The position numbers were made by a program, and so were the translations under genes. From assembly GCF_006345805.1 (NCBI RefSeq), contig NC_043009.1:23126001-23190000 (forward strand): 64,000 nucleotides of DNA, in the 5' to 3' direction. Positions within the stretch are counted from its first letter, which is position 1. Each line of letters begins with the position of its first letter. Below the pieces are notes generated by a model. It was not told the origin of the DNA. It worked only from the letters and a program-made list of their open reading frames with translations, and did not search any database. This DNA is from Octopus sinensis. Its lineage: Eukaryota. Of this stretch, positions 23,836 to 36,916 are shown piece by piece.

Positions 23836-24250
23836 GTGGCTGTGTGGTTAGTAGCTTGTTTACCAACCACATGGTTCCGGGTTCAGTCCTACTGCGTGGC
23901 ACCTTGGGCAAGTGTCTTCTACTATAGCCTCGGGCTGACCAAAGCCTTGTGAGTGGATTTGGTAGACGGAAACTGAAAGAAGCCCGTCGTATATATGTAT
24001 ATATATATATGTGTGTGTGTGTGAGTTTGTATGTCTGTGTTTGTCCCCCCAACATCGCTTGACAGTCGATGCTAGTGTGTTTATGTCCCCGTCATTTAGC
24101 GGTTCGGCAAAGAGACCGACAGAATAAGTACTGGGCTTACAAAGAATAAGTCCTGGGGTCGAGTTGCTCGATTAAAGGCGGTGCTCTAGCATGGCCGCAG
24201 TCAAATGACTGAAACAAGTAAAAGAGTAAAGAGAAAAGAGTAAAAGAGTA
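23836..24250 (+). mobile_element. SINE family B, full length (tRNA head, CORE-like domain, internal microsatellite, 3' domain)
   Basis: Head GTGGCTGTGTGGT...GGTTCAGTCC; CCTTGGGCAAGTG (CORE-like); (TA)n(TG)n; tail GCATGGCCGCAGTCAAATGACTGAAACAAGTAAAAGAG. Confidence 0.9.
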
Positions 24251-24287
24251 AATATATATATATATATATATATTATATAATATATAT

Positions 24288-24337
<50 letters not shown>

Positions 24338-24590
24338 ATATAATATATATATATATGTATATAATATAAATGTACAGACACATACACGAACAAAACATCA
24401 TCATCAACATCAAGAACAACAATAACAGAATCTTATCCCGCCAAGTTGCATGACCTTTCGACTCTGATGCAGTTCCTGGCGAACGTCAACTTTGCTGCAC
24501 CACATATATGGGCAGGTTGCATTGCTACTGCCAATCTCAGCTGATCTTAGTTTATTTGGCATAGAACCAATTAAGTAAAGAAGAAAGAAG

Positions 24591-24640
<50 letters not shown>

Positions 24641-24810
24641 AGCGAGAGAGAGAGAGAGACACACACAGAGAGAGACAGAGAGAGAGATGAGAGATCCCCG
24701 ACACAAGACTCGCGAAAAATTGCTGAAAAACTTGAAAAATCCAAGTGATACATACATACATACATACATAGATACAACACACAACACAACATATATCTAT
24801 AATATATATG

Positions 24811-24919
<109 letters not shown>

Positions 24920-25624
24920 CACACATATACATATACATACATATTATTTAATATATATATATAATATATATATTAACAGATATATACCTATATATAATAA
25001 TTATATATATATATATATAATATAAATATGTATGTATATGTATTTGTAATGTGTATACACACACATATAATATATATATATGTGTGATATAATATATATA
25101 GATATATATATATATGTATATATTATATGTATTTATATTTATTTTTAGATATGTATATAATATATATATGTATATATACCGTGAATGAAATCTAATAAAA
25201 AAATAGTTTGTAACGAAAGGAATTTCGTTTAGCAGGAAATTTTGATAAAAAATAGAGAAAAAGTAATCAAGGATGAATTCTACAGATATATATCTGTCTG
25301 CACGCGCATGCACACGCACACACATACTTATACACAAATACATTTAGAAACGTGTACACACATATGTGCATGTATGTATGTAGTATACATACACATCACA
25401 CACAGATATACGCACACATATATACATACATATATATGTTTGTGTGTGTGTTTGTGTCTGTGCTCATATAAATATATAGTGGGGCAAAAATGTCATATCT
25501 AGAGGTATATCTATCTGCTCACCCCTATCTCTCTTTCTGTCTATCTATATTCTGTGATATATATATATAATATATAATATATATATATATATATATCTAT
25601 ATGTATATATAGATATAGATATAC

Positions 25625-25656
<32 letters not shown>

Positions 25657-25691
25657 TAGGAGAAAGGGGTACGTTACGCGCAATATATATT

Positions 25692-25995
25692 TATAAAACT
25701 TATATATAAAATGTACAAAAGGGGACAAGAACGCAAACTACACAAAGAGACGACACAAAAAAAAAACAACAAAAAACAGACAGGGTCATTCGAAATCTAA
25801 TGCTGGAGCTTAGTTTTTCCTTGGGGCTGGCCGGATCGGAGCGATATCAGGATTAATCAGCCGAAATTGCTAAGATGATCGGGTTCCTGACTCTGAAGAT
25901 TAGAGGCTTCGAATGACCTGTCTGTTTTTTTGTGTGCGTCTCTTGTGTAGTTTGCGTTCTTGTCCCCTTTTGACATTTTATATATAAGTTTTATA
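25692..25995. mobile_element. TA-flanked fold-back element with arms of about 100 bp
   Basis: 25692-25802 is the reverse complement of 25896-25995 (TATAAAACTTATATATAAAATGT.AAAAGGGGACAAGAACGCAAACTACACAA...CAGACAGG.TCATTCGAA). Confidence 0.85.
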
Positions 25996-26015
25996 CCATA
26001 TATATATATATATAC

Positions 26016-26093
<78 letters not shown>

Positions 26094-27284
26094 CAAAGTC
26101 ACGTATCAGTTTATGCCGGTTGGTTTCCTTCTTTACTTCCGCGCTGGGAAGGGAAAGTAGTAGGTGCAATGAAAAAAGACGAAAGAGAAAGATAGAAAGT
26201 ATTATAAAGAATCGTAAATTAGAAAGATACATAGATATGCAGGTGATTGATAGAATGAGAGTGTGCAGCTTGTGAGGTATATAATCATTGACTGATGGTT
26301 TCATAAAGGAGGAGATATAACAAAGAATGAGAGCAGAAGAGTTAGTATGTGTGTGTGTGTGTGTGTGTGCGTGTGTGTGTCTGTGAGAGAAAGAAAGAGA
26401 GGATACATAACAAAGTGAAGTGGAAGAGAGAGAATAATGAAGTAAGAGTCAGTAGATAAAAATGAAGACGAGTGAAAGGAGATGAAGCAAATAATAACTG
26501 AATGAAGACAAAATGAAACACAAGAAGAAAATAGAGGGGCAAGAACTGAAGCAAAAACATTAAGAATACTTGAAAGATGACAGAAACAGACCGTCATTTT
26601 AGCCGGGCATTTCGGTTGTGTGTGTGTGTATGTGTGTGTGTGTGTGCGTGTGTGTGCGTGTACACATACGTACTTACATATGCAAGTGGATAAAATGTTG
26701 TACAACACTGAACGAATTGTTGATGCAATCGACTATAAAACCAGTGGCACAACGGAGGTTGAGACGACAAGAAACCGATCTGACACTAGGTTATTTTATA
26801 AGAGTTTACCTCCCCTCAGAAGGGAGTTCTAACGAGAACAAGGAGTCTTTCACTCCCAGTGGTTCACATACTAATTAACCCTTAGATGGGACCCTAATAG
26901 ATGCTAATATTCTTGGTCAGAGTATACCTGAGAAAAACAGTGGCTAAGAGCTAGTTGCACGCTTCTCAGATTTCACACACACACACACACACACACACAC
27001 GTACAAATGTAATCATATGCACTCATATATGTATGTTCTCTTTCTCTTAATTGAGATTAAATTTTGACCGGCCACCTACTTCGTAGCAAGACAGTGAAGG
27101 AAAACATCTTAAATCTTAAATGTATGTATGTATGTATGTATGTATGTATGTATGTATGTATGTATGTATGTATGTATGTATGTATGCATGCATGCATGTA
27201 TGTATGTATGTATGTATGTATGTATGTATGTATGTATTTACGTATATACTTATACGTGTGTGGGAGTGGATGTAAACATGTGTA

Positions 27285-27320
<36 letters not shown>

Positions 27321-27748
27321 TGTATGTATGTATGTAGTTATCTATATAGTATGAATAAATACGTATATATATGTGTATGCAGACAATGTGTGCGTGTGCG
27401 TATTTGTATGTACGTATGTGTGGATGTGTCAGTTTATATGTGTGTGCGCATGCGTAAATTTCTAGAAGTTGGAATGTGTGAGTGCCTAAATGCCTTCACT
27501 TCCGATTATCTCATCTCATAATCATATTTTGTCTGACAGACTATTCTCTTTCTCTCTTTCTCTCTCTTCCCCTCTCTATCTCCCTTTTTTCTCTCCCCTC
27601 CTCTCTCTCACACTCTTTTGTAACATACACAGACATCCCACATAATATTGCTGATGCGCTGTATCGACAGACAGAATTTTCATTCATGACATTTATGTTC
27701 TTTTGGCTGATTTGCAGAGATGTTACTGCATCTATTTATATATCTATC

Positions 27749-27808
<60 letters not shown>

Positions 27809-27890
27809 TATCTATTATCTATCTATCTATATATCATCTATCTATCTATCTATCTATTCCATACATACATACAGCATGCATACACATAAC

Positions 27891-28074
27891 GTAATTTAGT
27901 AATTTATATCTGTTAAATTGAGTTTGTAAGTGTTATTTCATTTTTGCGGTAATATATTGTCGTCTACATACGACATATATGGGTATTGTCGTAAATTTAG
28001 ACGACAATATATTTACCGCAAAAATGAAAATAACACTTACAACTCAATTTAACAGATATAATTACTAAAATTAC
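27891..28074. repeat. Near-perfect inverted repeat with arms of about 75 bp
   Basis: 27891-27966 vs 27998-28074; probably two opposed transposon ends. Confidence 0.85.
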
Positions 28075-28106
28075 ATTAAAACATCTTGAAATACTAAAGA
28101 GTAAAT

Positions 28107-28171
28107 TTATTCAATAGATTCGCCATTGGCTTCAACCACAGCCTCCAGACGACTTCGGAATCCCCTCCATA
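28107..28171 (-). pseudogene. Tc1/mariner transposase C-terminal remnant
   Basis: Encodes ...GFRSRLEAVVEANGESIE-stop, resembling the terminal helix of Tc1/mariner transposases; cut off by a SINE B tail. Confidence 0.6.
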
Positions 28172-29159
28172 TGTATTCTTTTATTCTTTTACTTGTTTCA
28201 GTCATTTGACTGCGGACATGCTGGAGCGCCACCTTTAGTCGAATGAATCGACCCCAGGATTTATTCTTTGTAAGCCCAGTACTTATTCTATCGGTCTCTT
28301 TACGAATTATATATATATATATGAGTGTCTGTGTGTCTATGTGTGTGTATGAGTCTGTGTGTGTGTGTCTGTGTGTGTGTGTCTGTGTGTGTGTGTCTGT
28401 GTGTGTCTCTGTGTACACGTGTTTACATGTGTTTCCACATGCTGGGGAGCTATGGGATAAGATAGGGGTAGGGGTATTGTGGAGATGTTGGAGGAAATGT
28501 GGTGGTGTTGTGGGGATGGTGGGTGCTGGAGGAATTATAGGGGTGGTGGGGGAATTAAGGTGGCAGTTGGAGAAAATTGTTGTGTCTTGAGGAAATTGTT
28601 GTGTTGGACGAATTGTGGGACTGTTGGAAGAATTATAGGGGTGTTGGTGAATTGTGGTGTTGTTGGAGGAATTGTCAGTGTATTGGAGGAATTAAGGGGG
28701 TGTTGGTAATTTTGGCGTTGTTGGAGGAATTGTGATGATGATAATATTATTGGCTACAGTGGGGGGGGGGGGGTTGAGCTGTGGCTGTGCTTGGGGCTGT
28801 GTGATTTTTTTAATCTCTCACTCTGAAGAGAAAAGTACTGTCCATGACCCATTACAATGCCTCCAACCCTATAAGTTTGATAGGAAGAAAGTGGGAGAAA
28901 GGATGAAAGGAGAGAAAGATGGGGCCTAACCAGAATGACTACTCCAAAAGTGAACTCCGATCGCTAAAAATATCAGGTGTTAGTGTTAAACCGGGTGACG
29001 TCTTAAATCAACTACCTGTATAATTCACAGCAGGATTTGAACTCAAAGCGCAAAAGAGTTTGTACAAGTAGCGCAAGATATTCTATCTGACGTCTAAACG
29101 TTACCGCCACTCCACAGCTCTAGGTTTATGGTACTGTATTTATCGACCCCAGAAAACGA

Positions 29160-29566
29160 AAGACTAATGGTGGTGGTAATGATTGCGGTGATGGTGGTAA
29201 TGATAATGGTGGTGGTGGTGATAATGATAATTAGGAGTTATGGTGGTAGTGGTGGTAATGGTGGTGGTGGTGGAAGTGGTGATGATGGTGATGGGAGTGG
29301 CAGTGGTGATGGTGTTGATGGTGTTAGTGGTAGTGGTTCTGGTGGTGATGGTTATGATGTTGACGGTGATGTTATATAGTGGTTGAGGTAGCGATGGTGA
29401 TGATGGTGGTGATGGTAGTGAAGGTGGTGGTGGTGATAGTGGTGGTAATGATGATGATGGAGGTGATGGTGACGGTGTTGATGATGTTGATGGTGATGGG
29501 TGGTGGTGGTGGTGGTGGTTGTGATGCTAGTGATGATAACTGCTGATAATAGTACTGGTAGTAATG

Positions 29567-29603
<37 letters not shown>

Positions 29604-30600
29604 TAGTAGTAGCAATAGTCATGACGATGGCAGCGGTTGTTATTGATGTTTGTAGCCATGATGGGAGGTAGTGAGGGGAGGAGATAGTTCTGGTGGCTGT
29701 GGTAATGGTAATAACGACGACGACGACGACAACGACGACGATGATGATGATGACTATGGTGGCAACGCTAGTAATAATATTTGGTGGTGGCGGGATAATG
29801 TCGATGGTTGAAGTAAAACAAGAGTTTTCGTAGCAGCAGCAGCAGCAGCAGTAGCAGTAGCAGTAGTAGTTGTTGTTGTTGTTCATACAGAAGAGGGAAT
29901 GGTAGACAAATGCAGCAGTGACTGTAGCACTGGAGGTGGTGGTAATGGTGATGACGGCGGCGGCGGCGGCGGTGGTGGTAGTAATGGTGATGACGGCGGC
30001 GGTGGTAGTGGTGGTAATGGTGATGACGGCGGCGGCGGCGGTGGTGGTGGTAGTAATGGTGATGACGGCGGCGGCGGCGGCAGTGGTGGTGGTAATGGTG
30101 ATGACGGCGGCGGCGGTGGTGGTGGCGGTAGTGGTAATGGTGATGACGGCGGCGGTGGTGGTGGTAATGGTGATGACGGCGGTGGCGGCGGCGGTGGTGG
30201 TGGTGGTAATGGTGATGACGGCGGCGGCGGCGGTGGTGGTGGTGGTGGTGGCTGAGGTGGTAGTGTTGGTGGTGGTGCTGGCTGTGTTGGTGGCTGTGGT
30301 TGTGGTGGTGGTGGTGGCTATGGTGGTGGCTGTGGCGGTGGCAGTGATGGCGGTGATGGTGGTGATGGTGGTGATGGTTGTGTGGTGGAGTGGTGGTAAT
30401 GGCAGTGACGGTAGGGATAGCGGTAGCAGCACAGGTTGTAGTGGTGGTGGTGGTGGTAGTGGTGGTGATGGTTGCGATGATAGTCATGTTGATGATGGTT
30501 GGGGAATCGAAAGAGATGGTGGAGGCAGTGCAGATCATGAAAATGATGTTAGTGGCGGTGATAGTGGTGATGACAGTAGGTAAGGAATTTCGGTAAAGTC
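29160..30600. repeat. (GGT/GAT/GGC)n tract with a minisatellite of about 33-36 bp (GGTAATGGTGATGACGGCGGC...) at 29935-30250
   Basis: About nine visible units. Confidence 0.9.
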
Positions 30601-31044
30601 TGTTAGCAAGTGTTGAAGAACTTGGTTGGAATGAAGACTCGAAAGAATGAGGAGTTTTTATGTGAGTGGAATAAAGGTGGGTTGGTGGAAGCTGTTTGTG
30701 GCAAGGAGCAGGTAAATTTTGAAGTACATGGGTTGGAAGGGGTAACACATGCACACACACAACCACACATGTATATATGAATATATTACATACAAACATT
30801 GCATATATATGTATATGTATATTATATATATATATATTAATAATATCAAAGGGTAATCAGAAATATTACATATTTCCATTACCAGTGGCTTAGCGTGTAA
30901 AAATTTAGTCGATTTAGAAATAGGAATTAAAAAGCCTTTTCTGTCTCCCAGACAGTAACACACTTTTTTTACTTTTTTACGTAGGCAAAAATGAAAAATA
31001 ATGAATCCACACGACTCAGATTATCTACATATTCGCAAATATCG

Positions 31045-31205
31045 GGAACTCTTTCAGTTTCCGTCTACCAAATCCACTCACAAGGCTTTGGTCGGCCCGA
31101 GGCTATATAGTAGAAGACAACTGCCCAAGGTGCCACGCAGTGGGACAGAACCCGGAACCAAGTGGTTGGTAAGCAAACTATTTTCCACACGGCTACCCCC
31201 TGCAC
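31045..31205 (-). mobile_element. SINE family B, 5' half
   Basis: Reverse complement of the B head and CORE-like region. Confidence 0.85.
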
Positions 31206-31224
31206 CTGTATGTATGTATGTATG

Positions 31225-31269
<45 letters not shown>

Positions 31270-31274
31270 TGGAA

Positions 31275-31620
31275 GCACTCCGTCGGTTACGACGACGAGG
31301 GTTCCGGTAGATCCGATCAACGGAACAGCCTGCTCGTGAAATTAACGTGTAAGTGGCTGAGCACTCGGGGATATTCAGCGTGACACAGAGAGTGACAAGG
31401 CCGGCCCTTTGAAATACAGGTACAACAGAAATAGGAAGTAAGAGTGAGAGAAAGTTGTGGTGAAAGAGTACAGCAGGGAGTACACCACCATCCCTGCCGG
31501 AGCTTCGTGGAGCTTTAGGTGTTTTCGCTCAATAAACACTCACAACGCCCGGTCTGGGAATCGAAACCGCAATCCTACGACTGTGAGTCCGCTGCCCTAA
31601 CCACTGGGCCATTGCGCCTC

Positions 31621-31623
<3 letters not shown>
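31275..31623 (-). mobile_element. tRNA-derived SINE family D
   Basis: Head GGAGGCGCAATGGCCCAGTGGTTAGGGCAGCGGAC...GTTTCGATTCC; tail GTAACCGACGGAGTGC; second, deleted copy at 48680-48805. Confidence 0.85.
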
Positions 31624-31661
<38 letters not shown>

Positions 31662-31967
31662 TAATATCGTACAATGAGAACGAGTGCTCAATACTGCATT
31701 TGGTGGATAAATATCCTTTATCTGTAGATTAAGAAGGCTACCAGAGGTTTTATGCTTTTCTCTATATGAAACCATTGGTAGCCTTGTTAACACATAAAAT
31801 ATATGCGTATAGACACACACATACACACACATACTCTCACACACACATATTTATGCGCATACGTATACAAGGCAGTTGGGAGAAAAGGAAAAGAAAGCTA
31901 GAAATAGATAGATAGAGAGGAACAAGATATACACGTGCTCAGGCAGACACTAAACGGTTGTCGTCCA

Positions 31968-32200
31968 AAGGCGGCGAGCTGGCAGAAACGTTAGCACGCC
32001 GGGCGAAATGTTTAGCAGTATTTCGTCTGCCGCTACGTTCTGAGTTCAAATTCCGCCGAGGTCGACTTTGCCTTTCATCCTTTTGGGGTCGATTAAATAA
32101 GTACCAGTTACGCACTGGGATCGATATAATCGACTTAACCCGTTTGTCTGTCCTTGTTTGTCACCTCTGTGTGTAGCCCCTTGTGGGTAGTAAAGAAATA
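31968..32200 (+). mobile_element. SINE A1 monomer with 12-bp TSD
   Basis: TSD GGTTGTCGTCCA at 31956-31967 and 32201-32212. Confidence 0.92.
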
Positions 32201-33832
32201 GGTTGTCGTCCATCGTTTTACTTTTTAACACCCACATGCACATATACGTATACACACGCACGTGCGCGCGCACACACACATATATACCGACAAAAAAACA
32301 CACTTGCCAACGGACACGTGCTCACACAACTAAATATTTTTCGCTAAATCTCTTTCTCCCTCCCTCTCCTCTTTCCTTCTCTATTTCTTTACCATCTTCT
32401 CTCTCCTCCTCGTTCTCATTTTCTCATATGTACACACACACACATACACACATACATGCGCGCGCGCGCGAAGTATTTGTTCATAAACACACACAAGTAT
32501 CACACGTATACATGCATACAGCCAGCACGCTATGTATGTATGAATGTATGTATGTATATTTATATGTGTGTGTGTGTGTGTATGTGCGTGTGTGTGTGTG
32601 TGAGTGTGTGTGTGTGTGTGTGGTGTGTTATTTATGATTTTTCTTCGAGTTCGTTTAAGTTCTTGAGAGAGTTCAAGCCGGCCGCTAACAAAGTGACAAG
32701 GTTTTTTGACTTGAGTTCCCGATGTTTGTAATTATGTGATCGAGCTGGTATTTTGCTTGAACTAGCGGTGCATATACCCAAGTGTGTGCATCTATTCACT
32801 TAAGAATCTCAGGTGTGTACGTGCGTGTGTACGTATGTATGTATGTATATGTGTGTGTGTATGTGTGAATATATTCTTTCTGATCGGTTTATATTACGAT
32901 TATATTATTGCCAGCCATGTTCTCGGAAGTAAGGCTGTAGATTATATTATGACTAGCCATATTTTCGAAGTAAGGCTGCAAGGAAAAGCTTCTTATTTTA
33001 AAAAGTCCTGTTCTTACCGTCTTCTTTAGTCCAACCATTAACCCATTAGATTTTCAAGTCTCACACAGATTTTTTTATTGTCGCAGATGTTGTGATCATC
33101 TGAAGGGTATGGAATAATGAACTACATTCTTTCTACAAAAGTCCAAGTTTAACCATACCTTGATCCAGCATGTTAGTATGTGATAAGTTTAAAAATGTAT
33201 TTTAGGTACTGGATTCCTAGACTTCTCGTAAATGGCCCATAGACGTCTTCTTTCTCCATTTTTACTTTTCCACATTGATGTCAAATGGGTAACCGATTTT
33301 CACAATAAATGAACTTGCGAAGAGAAAAAAAAATGGACCTGTTGAGTTGTAGTAAATTGTAACTGAATCCTACTCAAGACAACGATTGCATATGGCTCAG
33401 TTTGATGTAAAAATGATCCCTAATAAAGGTACAGAATGATGTAAAAGGGAAAGCACATATTTAAAAACTCTACACTCATGCACTCAAAGCTCACGCGTGT
33501 ACGAACACTGTCTCATTTAAGGTTTCAGAGTGATTATGTCCATTTACATAATATGAACTTATATACGTGATTACATTTATTGAATGTCTCGGATTTTGGC
33601 ATTTAGATATATCCTATGTTACAATGAATTTCTCAGGAGCTATACTTTCTCTGCGATATAGAAGCCACGTCCTTTGCTAGCATTTTTATAAGGCTTTAGA
33701 ATTTCAGGTCCAGTTATCAAATGATCTAAATACCCTTAAGTTTATTTGCCAGTTATTTCCCTCTAACAATTAACTATGAACTGAAGAAGAGAAAAATTAA
33801 ACTTTTCCACGCCACTTAGAAAACTTAGCCAT

Positions 33833-33989
33833 TTATACAGGCGCCAGCATGTACGAGCCAAAAGGTTTGGAAAATTGTCTGTAATTCTCGACTTGAAAAT
33901 TTCTCCAGAAGTGACAAGCCAGAAAGTCTTCGTTGAACCCCAGAATCCCTTTCAGATCATCGTCGTTCATATAAACCTCTACAAACTCT
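33833..33989 (-). CDS. Candidate terminal exon of an unidentified minus-strand gene
   Basis: Non-repetitive open frame EFVEVYMNDDDLKGILGFNEDFLACHFWRNFQVENYRQFSKPFGSYMLAPV-stop after ttgttgagCAG; followed by about 800 bp of unique AT-rich sequence resembling a 3' UTR. No family recognised. Confidence 0.35.
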
Positions 33990-34150
33990 CTGCTCAACAA
34001 CAATGACAACAACAATCAGAAGAGCATCATCACCCTTATCATTTCTATCTGCATCATCCTCACGATTCTTCTTCGGCTCCTTTTCTTCCTTTTTTCTCAT
34101 CATCATCATCATCATCGTCGTCGTCGTTGTCATCGTCTTCATCATCATCG

Positions 34151-34203
<53 letters not shown>

Positions 34204-34254
34204 TCATCATCATCATCATCATTATCATCATCATCATCACCATCGTCGTCGTCG

Positions 34255-34293
<39 letters not shown>

Positions 34294-34854
34294 ACAGTCC
34301 GCATCAATACCAACACCCCCATTACCGTTACTATCAGCACTAACAACAACAAATTATGCCAGATAGAACTTCTTTTTTGTTTTTGACGGAAAATTAACGG
34401 AAAACCAAGTAAAACGACAAAAAATGACAACATAACAAAACGAAAATTCGCAATAGTCTCTCTCTGTCTTCTGCTTTCATTCCACCGAAAATTAGTTTAA
34501 AAAGAAAACAACTACAACAATAGTAACAACAACAACAACAACAGCAATAGCAACAGCAACAACAATAGCAATAACAACATCAAACCCTAACAATAACAGC
34601 AGCAACAACAACAACAATAATAACAACAATATCCGAAAAGAGAGTAGCTGTGTCGTAGGAAGATCAGGTTTCTTAGACGAGAAAGAAGCCGGCAGTTTGT
34701 GAAGAGTCTATTTTAGGTGTGTTGGAGGTATTTCTGCTTATTATCGTTTCTGGATTCCTAGCAGAATACTATATACCTTACTAAAAAGAAAGAACATGCC
34801 AAGACGAAGGTACAATAGAAAACTTATTTTGCAGGTTGGTGTTAACGTTGGTAA

Positions 34855-34906
<52 letters not shown>

Positions 34907-34919
34907 GCGCGCGCGTGTA

Positions 34920-34961
<42 letters not shown>

Positions 34962-35387
34962 CACGTCTGTGTGTTGAGTGTTTCTGTGCGTGTGTGTATG
35001 TGTGTGGGCATAGGTGTTCATAGGTGTGTGTAGATGAGTGGGTGTGTGGGATAGATGGAGGGGAAAATAGATCTGAGCGGTGGGTAGACAGGTATAGATA
35101 AAGGGATAGAAAGGTACAGTTGTGAAGAGGAGGTAGCTAGAGGGGTAGTGTGTACACACAGTTATATATAAATATACAAACATATACTATATGTACGCGT
35201 GTGTTTGCATACACACACACATACTATATATATGTGTATGCGTGTAGTAATGTATGTTGAGTGTGGGTGTGCGTGAGTGTTATCAGGAAATTTGATTGGA
35301 GTATAGAATGAAAGATTAGAGTGGAACGGATGGACGAATAGTGTGTTGAGAGAACAGACTTGTGTGTATGTTTGGGGTTGTGATTCT

Positions 35388-35447
<60 letters not shown>

Positions 35448-35534
35448 TATACATTCACGAAGACACACACCCTCGGTAGCCACTACACACATGTTTTTCT
35501 CTCCTTACTTCTCTCCTTGTTTCTTTCTGTGTTC

Positions 35535-35570
35535 CTTTCTGTGGAAGAGCGTAGGCTTGAAACGTTAAAG
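35535..35570 (+). ncRNA. Hammerhead-like motif, A6U variant (CUGUGGA)
   Basis: CTTT-CTGTGGA-A-GAGC-GTAG-GCTT-GAAAC-GTT-AAAG; the element (35500-35660) runs into (TA)n. Confidence 0.55.
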
Positions 35571-35657
35571 ACTCTTTTAATTCCCGAGCGTTATACTAAT
35601 ACATCTGTTTGTTTCTACACCAACTGTATCGTCTTTTGTTTTTTTCGTGCATTCTCC

Positions 35658-35763
<106 letters not shown>

Positions 35764-35819
35764 GTATATGTATATATACATATATGTATATATTTGTATG
35801 TATTATGTATTCGTTTATT

Positions 35820-36026
35820 CTTTTATTCTTTTATTTGATTCAATCATTTGACAGCGGCTATGCTGGAGCACCGCCTTTAGTCGAGCAAATCGACCCAGAA
35901 CTTAGTCTCAGTAAGCCTAGTACTCATTCTATCGGTTTCTTTTTGCCGAATCGCTAAGTTACGGGGACGTAAACACACCAGCATCGGTTGTCAAGCGATG
36001 TTGGTGCGACAAACACAAACACACAA

Positions 36027-36105
<79 letters not shown>

Positions 36106-36277
36106 CATATTTACGACGGGCTCCTTTTGGTTTCTGTCTACCAAATCTACTCACAATGCTTTGGTCGGCCCGAGGCTATAGTAGAAGACACTTGCTCAAG
36201 GTGCCACGCAGTGGGACTGAACCCGGAACCATATGGTTGGTAAGCAAGCTACTTATCGCGCAACCACTCCTGCGCCT

Positions 36278-36280
<3 letters not shown>
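35820..36280 (-). mobile_element. SINE family B, full length
   Basis: Reverse-complement match to 23836-24250. Confidence 0.9.
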
Positions 36281-36336
<56 letters not shown>

Positions 36337-36449
36337 GTGTGCGTAGTAAATTCTCCAAAACGAAGAACAAACACACAAAAAAAACAACAACGCGAGTATG
36401 TGGTATATGTAAAGTATTAGCAGACTCTCCAGGAAGGAAAGAAAGGTGG

Positions 36450-36483
36450 CTTTACGTTTCGAGCAAAGCTCTTTTTCGGAAAC
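36450..36483 (-). ncRNA. Decayed hammerhead motif
   Basis: GTTT-CCGAAAA-A-GAGC-TTT-GCTC-GAAAC-GTA; core mutated. Confidence 0.35.
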
Positions 36484-36697
36484 AGAGACAGAAGAAAGTC
36501 CAATAGAAAAGGAAGACGGAGCTTAAGTCATTGAAAATAAAGTACTCAATAGGCTAGCTCTAAGTATCAATATATTTTATAAAAGAAAAACACGGAGTCC
36601 ACTTAAATAATTTTTCGGAGGTATACTTGTCTGGGAAGTGATTTGATCTGAAAGACCGTGTGTTGCAACTAGAGTAGTTAAGCGAGCAACTCACATA

Positions 36698-36916
36698 TTC
36701 TTTTCTACTCTAGGCACAAGGCTCGAAATTTTTGGGGTGGGGGCCAGTCAATTAGATCGACCCCAGTACGCAACTGGTACTTAATTTATCGACCCCGAAA
36801 AGATGAAAGGCAAAGTCGACCTCGGCGGAATTTGAACTCAGAATGTAAAGGCAGACGAAATAGCACTAAGTATTTCGCCCGGCGTGCTTACGTTTCTGCC
36901 AGCTCGCCGCCTTACT
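36698..36916 (-). mobile_element. SINE A2 monomer with 14-bp TSD (one mismatch)
   Basis: GAGCAACTCACATA at 36684-36697 and GAGCAAGTCACATA at 36917-36930; tail CCTTGTGCCTAGAGTAGAAAAGAA. Confidence 0.88.

Noticed and set aside
29527-30799. Long poly-Gly/Thr/His ORFs (up to 343 aa)
   Set aside because: Open in several frames and on both strands because of trinucleotide repeats; no exon boundaries or unique flanking protein sequence.
33920-33960. LKGILGFNED resembles GAPDH LKGILGYTED
   Set aside because: Flanking residues do not match GAPDH; a short chance similarity.
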